Shown in pieces: positions 1 to 6,045 of a DNA stretch of 35,885 nt (position 1 is the stretch's first letter; every line of letters starts with the position of its first letter). The stretch covers positions 1-35,885 of IMG/VR virus record IMGVR_UViG_3300043414_001406; one strand, 5' to 3'. This stretch comes from a virus. Lineage: Duplodnaviria; Caudoviricetes. The translations under genes and the position numbers were made by a program. Under the pieces are notes generated by a model. It did not search any database, was not told the DNA's origin, and saw nothing but the letters and a program-made list of their open reading frames with translations.

Positions 1-380
1 ATAAAAGTAGTTCATTTTTATAATCCTATCTTGTATTTTGTGTGTACAAATTTCCGCGGCAAAACAATTTATATAATATACGTATATATAGAACTAATAG
101 ATATATATAACAAAACCCCATCCACAGATGCATTGGGGGGACCATAATTAGTTAACAAGTAACGAATTATAATGGGTTCCCCCTTGCGTTTGGTGTGTTT
201 GGGGTGTTTCGGTAACAAAATCTTATGGGTTGTTGTTATGTTCTATGTTGTTTCTTATATGTTCTCTATATATATTATATGTATACTATGCACTTGTTAT
301 TGTTTTTTGGGCGGGCGTTTATTATCTGTATATATACATTCTATATATATAGGATAATAATACTTTGCTATTATAGTGTT

Positions 381-418
381 AGAGGGACGGGAGCCACCAC
401 CTAGCTCACCGCCCCTCT
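381..418 (-). terminator. Hairpin ending the minus-strand gene block
   Basis: Imperfect inverted repeat AGAGGG-ACGG-GAGC...GCTC-ACCG-CCCCTCT just downstream of the stop at 441. Confidence 0.5.
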
Positions 419-440
419 ACATCTGTGAAGGTCTTCTGTT

Positions 441-668
441 TTATACCATTGAGGTTAGATCTACATTGTAAAGTTTTTTGAAATCTCTACGCATTGGATG
501 GTATGCCGATTCGGTACCATGTGTTGTGTAGATTGGGCCGTCTATGTTATCTGGAGGGATAATAATATAGGATCCTGATTTCTTATGTTTGACATTGAAT
601 CCGAGTCGTTCTAATTCTGTTAGAACTTTCTTCATTGTCTTTGATTGATGCTGCCGGGGCATCTTCAA
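441..668 (-). CDS. HicA-like (dsRBD-fold) small protein
   Basis: KKVLTELERLGFNVKHKKSGSYIIIPP...PIYTTHGT follows the HicA pattern (helix-GF-strand-GS[H]-strand); the catalytic His position reads Tyr; GGAG RBS upstream. Confidence 0.55.
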   Translation of the reverse strand: MKMPRQHQSKTMKKVLTELERLGFNVKHKKSGSYIIIPPDNIDGPIYTTHGTESAYHPMRRDFKKLYNVDLTSMV

Positions 669-673
669 TCTCC

Positions 674-892
674 TTATGTGATCTTGTTGTTGTCGGAAGT
701 TCCTTCCTCGTTTTCTAGTATAGCTCGTTGTTGCTTGTGCGTCAACTCGGTTGTTTTATATATTTCAGATATTTCGTATTTGTAATCTGGGTGTGCGTTT
801 TGGCGTATGTACAATGTTGCTTCGCGCATTGTCATGTATGGCCCAAAGTATGTTACTTTGTCTTCACTTTTTTTGATTACAATATATTTCAT
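674..892 (-). CDS. Hypothetical protein
   Basis: 72-aa ORF with GGAG RBS, co-directional with neighbours. Confidence 0.7.
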   Translation of the reverse strand: MKYIVIKKSEDKVTYFGPYMTMREATLYIRQNAHPDYKYEISEIYKTTELTHKQQRAILENEEGTSDNNKIT

Positions 893-942
893 ATCTTTTG
901 CTCCGGCTAATAGCCTATGTATAATTTTTTTATTATATCATA

Positions 943-1015
943 TGCTCCGTAGACTTCGCTGAATATATTTTTTGCTCCGCAGGCTTCGCTTTTTTTTGTA
1001 TGTTACGCAGGCTTC
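943..1015. repeat. Three direct repeats TGCTCCGYAGRCTTCGCT at ~30-bp spacing with AT-rich spacers
   Basis: Copies at 943-960, 973-990 and a degenerate copy at 1001-1015. Confidence 0.7.
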
Positions 1016-1081
1016 ACATACTGTTTCGGGGGCCCTTTTCGGTCGGGCTCGCTTCGCTCGCCCTCCCCCCCGACTAAGAAT

Positions 1082-1145
1082 CTATTTTAAAAGAGAGATA
1101 GAGTAGACAGACAGATTACTCCATCTGCCTACTCTATTTACTCTT
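1082..1145 (-). terminator. Long hairpin plus U-tract fused to an ATAG motif (same architecture as the 9.4-11.3 kb elements)
   Basis: AAGAG-AGATAGAGTAG-ACAGA...TCTG-CCTACTCTAT-TTA-CTCTT; the minus strand continues CTCTTTTAAAATAG. Confidence 0.65.
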
Positions 1146-1152
1146 GTTCATG

Positions 1153-1452
1153 TTAGCGTCGGATCCGCTGGGCACGCACGAAGCTCAAGATCTCGTTCAG
1201 AGAGTTGATGTCTTCGATGTCCTCCAGTTCCGAGGTCAACTTGTTTTTCAGCGTGATGGGATTCTGCTGGATACGGTTGAGCTCGCTTAGCATGAGATCC
1301 ACAAAGTTCTTGGCGTCCAACAGGCCCGAACAGGTGTTGTCTCGGATGATCTTGACCAGACGAATTTTGTTGTCTGCTTCGATCAAGTTTGACCGATCTT
1401 CCCGTCGGATGTTGATGATGTCGGGACCACTCTGGATGGTGAACAGATTCAT
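1153..1452 (-). CDS. Protein with a ribosomal L7/L12 C-terminal-like motif
   Basis: NKIRLVKIIRDNTCSGLLDAKNFVD matches the L7/L12 CTD signature KIxxIKxxRxxTGxGLxEAKxxVE; GGAGG RBS. Confidence 0.65.
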   Translation of the reverse strand: MNLFTIQSGPDIINIRREDRSNLIEADNKIRLVKIIRDNTCSGLLDAKNFVDLMLSELNRIQQNPITLKNKLTSELEDIEDINSLNEILSFVRAQRIRR

Positions 1453-1724
1453 TGATTCCTCCGTGATATTTTTTGTATGTACGATAAAAAGATTTAAACT
1501 TGTGCTCAGAGTCTTACTGAGTTATACGCATCCGTTGATGCAGCTGACATACAGATCAGCTTCCGCAAGCTTAGAAATTATGGAGTTAGCCTTGCAATGC
1601 CTATCGGTATCCCCTTGTTTCGGTGCAATTACTACTCGCACTGACCTTAAGGCCGGGACTATCGGGCATTCTCTCTGGGGCAACATCTCACCTGCAGGGG
1701 TATTATTGATGCTGTTCTCCATAG

Positions 1725-1810
1725 TGGAAGTTTAGGGAATTGAACCCTTGCGAATGTGTTCTTTGACAATCCGAGGGGATATTGTCTCATTCGTCGCCTG
1801 AATAACTTCC
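1725..1810 (-). ncRNA. tRNA-like RNA with acceptor stem and T-arm but no D-stem or canonical anticodon arm
   Basis: GGAAGTT...AACTTCC-A acceptor stem; T-arm AGGG-TTCAATT-CCCT; internal stem GAATG/CATTC plus GACAAT/ATTGTC. Confidence 0.6.
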
Positions 1811-2101
1811 GTGTGTACGTTTTTGATTGCTGGAACGTACAAACCAGTTTAGTTACCGTTTACTTATTACGTGTTGTTCCCTGAAACGGATAAGTAGGCA
1901 CGTCCACGCTGTATTATACCTCCAGCCGGATGAGGTGAATGTTCATGTCAGTTAGCATTTGGATGCCATGAATAGCATACCGTCAATCATCATCTAACTG
2001 TAATGATGCCTTTACTACATACTCTAGCACTTAGCAAAGATCAAGTGTGATCTAGAGGGTGGTTTTGTTAGCGCAGACCACCAACTGCGTCTGACATTAT
2101 A

Positions 2102-3115
2102 TCAGAAATCCTCTTCAGGTGCCGAAGAGTTAGTGCTAACGTTAGCCTTAGCCGAGTTGGACCACAGATCGACTTCCACATTACCATTACTGGTAACCAT
2201 GGTGAATCGACCGCAGGGAGCATACACCGGATCATACATGTTCTTCAACGTGTACGTACCCTTGTCGTTTTCAATACGCTGCTGCGCACCAGACCAACTG
2301 CTCATCCACTGACGACTCATCTTATTCAGCTCATCAGCACGCTCAGCGGCTTCCTTGATCTTCTTCTGAGACCAATCGTTCTGATTCTCAATAGCAGCTT
2401 TCAACAGGTGCGATTCCTTACGGAGCTTGAGAATGCGAGTGAACTGATCGACTTGAGCATCCAGAAGATTCAAGAAACCCTGAGGAACATCAGGGAACTG
2501 TGCATTACGCGGACTCTTGGAACGGTCCACAGTACCAAGCTCAAACTCGGTAACCGGAACACCTTCCTCATGAGCAAACGCACTCACAATACGCTTCGGA
2601 TTCTTGATGTTGTCGTACACACTCTTAGCACCAGCCTCTTCGAAAGCATCAATAGCCTTCGTATAGCTGTTCCAATTGGCACCAAACTGCTGGAAGAACA
2701 GCGGCATGCCGTCTTCAAAGTTGAAACCAATACGACGCGCAGTGAGCATAAACTCGTCACGACTCATCTTCGAACCAGAAGCTTCCTGAGCGATGTGATG
2801 AAGGAAATCGGTGATGTGAATGGGCGAACCATCAATCATCAACTCCACATCCATCTTGACACCCTTCATGATACCAGTGGCAAGGTAATAGTTACGCTGA
2901 GTCGAAATCTGCTGCTGTTCCAGCATGCTCAAACGAGTGAGGCGAGCCTCATTCAGAGTAACATAGCACGGTACGCTAATACCGTTGATGGTACCCGTAT
3001 AGGGCACACGCTTACCAACCTTGAGGCGAGTACTGCCTGCATTCTGGAACAAATCGTTCTCAGCGAGCGCAGCAAACGCAGTGGTATCAATCTTAAACTT
3101 ATCTAAAATACCCAT
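2102..3115 (-). CDS. Hypothetical protein, 337 aa, with acidic C-terminus (PEEDF)
   Basis: Long ORF with AGGA RBS; no recognisable motif. Confidence 0.85.
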   Translation of the reverse strand: MGILDKFKIDTTAFAALAENDLFQNAGSTRLKVGKRVPYTGTINGISVPCYVTLNEARLTRLSMLEQQQISTQRNYYLATGIMKGVKMDVELMIDGSPIHITDFLHHIAQEASGSKMSRDEFMLTARRIGFNFEDGMPLFFQQFGANWNSYTKAIDAFEEAGAKSVYDNIKNPKRIVSAFAHEEGVPVTEFELGTVDRSKSPRNAQFPDVPQGFLNLLDAQVDQFTRILKLRKESHLLKAAIENQNDWSQKKIKEAAERADELNKMSRQWMSSWSGAQQRIENDKGTYTLKNMYDPVYAPCGRFTMVTSNGNVEVDLWSNSAKANVSTNSSAPEEDF

Positions 3116-3191
3116 AATATAATTCTTCCTGTGTGTAATCGCGGAGTGAAATAGGGACTAAGATTATAGATCCCCTGTTTTTCAGTGTAGC

Positions 3192-3374
3192 TTAGACCTG
3201 ATTATCCTTCTTCACCTTTGCAGGCTTCTCAGGCTTTGCAGGCACCACTTCGCGATACCCTTCGGACAGATTGTGACCAATCTGCTTGAACTTGCTGGTT
3301 GTAGCCTTCGGAGCCACAGTGAGGCCCTTGATCAACTTGCCAGCAAACTTGCCAGTACTCTTTGAAACTTCCAT
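3192..3374 (-). CDS. Small basic hypothetical protein
   Basis: Lys-rich 60-aa ORF with GGAAGGT RBS. Confidence 0.65.
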   Translation of the reverse strand: MEVSKSTGKFAGKLIKGLTVAPKATTSKFKQIGHNLSEGYREVVPAKPEKPAKVKKDNQV

Positions 3375-3428
3375 TGTTACTTACCTTCCTGATTGTTGAT
3401 AATTGTAATAAGAACCGATTTCATCGAT

Positions 3429-3626
3429 TCACCTTTCATGCTGGTCAAGACCGTATTTCACGATCCCCAGTTTTTCACGGTAAACTTCCACGATGCTCTG
3501 AGCCTGTTTGTAATTGGTGCAGGGCAAGTGAAATACAATCGTGTCGCTTTCGCCCCCAGTTGGACTGGCGAAGTTGAACACAACTGAATCATCTTGTGCA
3601 AATACAGCACTGATACTACCTCTCAT
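3429..3626 (-). CDS. Hypothetical protein
   Basis: 65-aa ORF with AAAGGA RBS, directly downstream of a TCTAAATTTTTCTAATAG motif. Confidence 0.7.
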   Translation of the reverse strand: MRGSISAVFAQDDSVVFNFASPTGGESDTIVFHLPCTNYKQAQSIVEVYREKLGIVKYGLDQHER

Positions 3627-3664
3627 TATTTCCTTTCTTGGGTTCTATTAGAAAAATTTAGAGG

Positions 3665-3694
3665 TGAGCAGTTTATAGCACATGCTCAGGTGCT
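3665..3694 (-). ncRNA. H-type pseudoknot motif, copy 1
   Basis: Minus strand AGCAC-C-TGAGCA-T-GTGCT-ATAAAC-TGCTCA. Confidence 0.65.
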
Positions 3695-3699
3695 GTGAA

Positions 3700-3984
3700 T
3701 CAGTTGCTCTTGGCCAACTGTTCGGTGACACGCTTGTATGAGAGATGGGTCCGACGAACCCAACCATACTTGCGTTCAAATGCTTCCAGCTCGTAGTCCG
3801 GAAGATTCTTGTACAGCTTCATATCGTGACCGAAAATGAAGCCACGGAATGCGTCAGCTGACTTGGTAGGAAGCTTGAGTCCATCTTCCTCAACTTTGAC
3901 ACATTCATTGTTGATTTTGTTCTCCAACAGAATTTGCTTGTTGAGCAGATCGTAGAAGCGAGCGGAATGCCGTTCGCGGGCCAT
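3700..3984 (-). CDS. Hypothetical protein (MARERHSARF...)
   Basis: Start moved from 4035 to the ATG at 3984, which follows the RBS GAAAGAGGT; the upstream extension overlaps pseudoknot copy 2. Confidence 0.7.
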   Translation of the reverse strand: MARERHSARFYDLLNKQILLENKINNECVKVEEDGLKLPTKSADAFRGFIFGHDMKLYKNLPDYELEAFERKYGWVRRTHLSYKRVTEQLAKSN

Positions 3985-4017
3985 AATACCTCTTTCATGA
4001 CTATCGAAATGGGTGAA

Positions 4018-4044
4018 TGAGCAGTTTAGACACATACTCAGGTG
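4018..4044 (-). ncRNA. H-type pseudoknot motif, copy 2
   Basis: Minus strand CAC-C-TGAGTA-T-GTG-TCTAAAC-TGCTCA; the U-G wobble works only on the minus strand. Confidence 0.6.
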
Positions 4045-4052
4045 CTTGGAGG

Positions 4053-4196
4053 CTACTGGTCGAGACTCAGCAAGGCTTGCTCCAAGGCCCAGTGCTGACG
4101 TGCAGCTTTTAGCGTTTCACGGCTTGTTGCTGCGGTGCGGATGATTGCGAGCAGATTGGTAGCTTGCTCCGTGAGGTTCCTCTCACGAGTGTCCAT
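4053..4196 (-). CDS. Small hypothetical protein, 47 aa (not in ORF track)
   Basis: AGGAGGT RBS then MDTRERNLTEQATNLLAIIRTAATSRETLKAARQHWALEQALLSLDQ*. Confidence 0.7.
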   Translation of the reverse strand: MDTRERNLTEQATNLLAIIRTAATSRETLKAARQHWALEQALLSLDQ

Positions 4197-4734
4197 GAAT
4201 ACCTCCTATGGTAGGGCATGGTCCCCTGTTTTTCTCCGTAGAGATCTATTCCCGGGCGCTCAACCCCAGCAGAGGCAGTTACCAACTCTGCATACTGGGG
4301 GAGCAACGCCGGGGAGGCTGTGGACAGATTTAACGACATATCCAGGTCTTAATGCATATTTTGTATGCAATGTCAACATGCTTAGATGTTGAACAGGAGA
4401 AAGGGCCAGTTGATAATCAATCTTACTAATCCTCGGGACTGGCTGCTCCGAATCCTTACATTCACCTGCACCATGATGAGTGGTGGGCGGTGCCTTTGCG
4501 GGTTATTCGCGCCTAGGTATCGCGCTAGTACATTGGGCTGATCAACCCTGGCATATAGGCCTTCGGTCTATGTACGTAACCTTAGTGTGAACTATAGTGC
4601 TTTGATCTTATTGTTGCCACACTGACAATAAGATTTCTTATCATACTAGTTGCAACTAGCATGAAGTGCATACCTCCCTAGCAAAGTAGGGAACGCACTA
4701 GGCTTAAATTCTGTTTATAGTCGCCTAGTCGACT

Positions 4735-4986
4735 TCAGTTCGTCTTCAGGAAGTTTTCAATTTCCCTGAGACCGATTATGGTTGTTTGTTCGATGGTCAA
4801 GTTTTCTTTGGCGAAATCGAGCAGCATCAGAGCGAAGGTGCTGACCATCAGCTTTTCGAAGTCAGTTGCTTCGGTTTCATTTTCTTCGAACTGTCCATTC
4901 CACATGGCCAAGACCGAACCGATGATGATTGCGAAATCGGCAGGGATTGGCGCGCTGAACACTGGGATGTTGTTGATGTCGTTCAT
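4735..4986 (-). CDS. Hypothetical protein
   Basis: 83-aa ORF with GAGGAGG RBS. Confidence 0.75.
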   Translation of the reverse strand: MNDINNIPVFSAPIPADFAIIIGSVLAMWNGQFEENETEATDFEKLMVSTFALMLLDFAKENLTIEQTTIIGLREIENFLKTN

Positions 4987-5236
4987 GATAGAAGAGGCCT
5001 CCTCACCCCTGTTTTTCTATCTTGGAGTTCTATTATAAAAATTTAGAACACTGGTGCCCGCAACTCACAATTATCGGCTCGGTTACACCAATGTTCGATT
5101 CAGTTAGGGTATTTTTGGCCCGAGGAAACTGACATCCTTCAAAAGGTGGGGAATGATTCCCCTGTTTTTCTGCATGCATAGGTGCTATTGCAAAAAAAAG
5201 TTTAGAGTCTAGGCTCTATTGAAAAAAATTGGTACA

Positions 5237-5278
5237 CCAGCCAGCCGGATCCCCTTGTGAGGGGGACCCGACTGCTGG
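5237..5278 (-). terminator. GC-rich hairpin after the SSB-like gene
   Basis: CCAGC-CAG-CCGG-ATCCCC...GGGGGACCCG-ACTG-CTGG, followed on the minus strand by a T-run. Confidence 0.6.
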
Positions 5279-5286
5279 CGAGTGGA

Positions 5287-5682
5287 CTACAGGTCCTCTT
5301 CGTCGAAGGGACCTGCGGTGGCCGCGGTGGCCTGCTTGGCGCGGTAGGCGTCAGCATACGCTTTCGCCTGGTCGGAGAACACGACCGTGACCGGCTCCAT
5401 GACCGGCTGGTCCGGCGGCATGACCTCGATGTTACCGCCGAGGAAGAGCTGCTGCTTGGGGACCTTCAACGGGATGACTTCGTTGTTGCGGTCGGTGTAG
5501 GTCTCTTCGACCTTACCCGTGCCGACCTGGGTCACGTTCAGACGCATGCCCGGCACAAGCTGGGCGGCGATGTCGTTGGGCAACCAAGCCCAAGGGCGAA
5601 CACCGTCGTTCTTGACGAACGAGACAACCGTCGACCTCGGGCCGGAACCCCCAATAGCAGCGATGGACAGGACAGTGCTCAT
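5287..5682 (-). CDS. Putative ssDNA-binding (OB-fold-like) protein
   Basis: Beta-rich N-terminal part, Ala/Thr linker, acidic-aromatic tail PFDEEDL; GGAGGT RBS. Function is inferred. Confidence 0.45.
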   Translation of the reverse strand: MSTVLSIAAIGGSGPRSTVVSFVKNDGVRPWAWLPNDIAAQLVPGMRLNVTQVGTGKVEETYTDRNNEVIPLKVPKQQLFLGGNIEVMPPDQPVMEPVTVVFSDQAKAYADAYRAKQATAATAGPFDEEDL

Positions 5683-5729
5683 AATAAACCTCCACGTTTA
5701 GAGCACGAAAGGAACGGCAGAATTACCGT

Positions 5730-5815
5730 CCCCAGTTTTTCTCCCGAAAGAGAACAGGGATAACTCCCCTGTTTTTCTCCCCGAAAAGAACAGAGTGATA
5801 ACACCCCTGTTTTTC
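5730..5815. repeat. Three tandem ~37-bp units containing CCCCTGTTTTTC
   Basis: Cores at 5730, 5766 and 5804; unit CCCC[AT]GTTTTTCTCCC(C)GAAA(G)AGAACAG..GATAAC. Confidence 0.85.
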
Positions 5816-5986
5816 TTCGGTAAAGAAAACTTTAGAATTACCACCAATCTAGAACCTATGGCAACCCCGCTTACAAATTTAGAATTAGGATTCTATCAAT
5901 ATAAAACTTTTAATTATATGACTAAGGTTCTATCTGTATTGAAAAGACTATTACCCAGAATTAGTCTTTTCAACATGTGAGGGCAA

Positions 5987-6031
5987 GGGCCCCCTTCCCG
6001 CAAAGGTGTTACCCTAAGCGGAAAGGGGGCC
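5987..6031 (-). terminator. Hairpin downstream of the RNA polymerase-like gene
   Basis: GGCCCCCTT-CCCGC...GCGG-AAAGGGGGCC. Confidence 0.65.
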
Positions 6032-6045
6032 TAGCCTGAGGTGAG

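Noticed and set aside
172-357. Hydrophobic 61-aa ORF (and the similar one at 12294-12488)
   Set aside because: By-product of T-rich low-complexity DNA; no RBS
1522-1722. 66-aa minus-strand ORF
   Set aside because: Its start abuts the 3' end of the tRNA-like RNA and has no SD sequence; coding status is unsupported
1725-1810. Canonical tRNA or full tmRNA
   Set aside because: No D-stem, no 7-nt anticodon loop, no G3-U70 pair and no tag reading frame
5730-5815. Mini-CRISPR
   Set aside because: The units are near-identical tandem repeats without unique spacers
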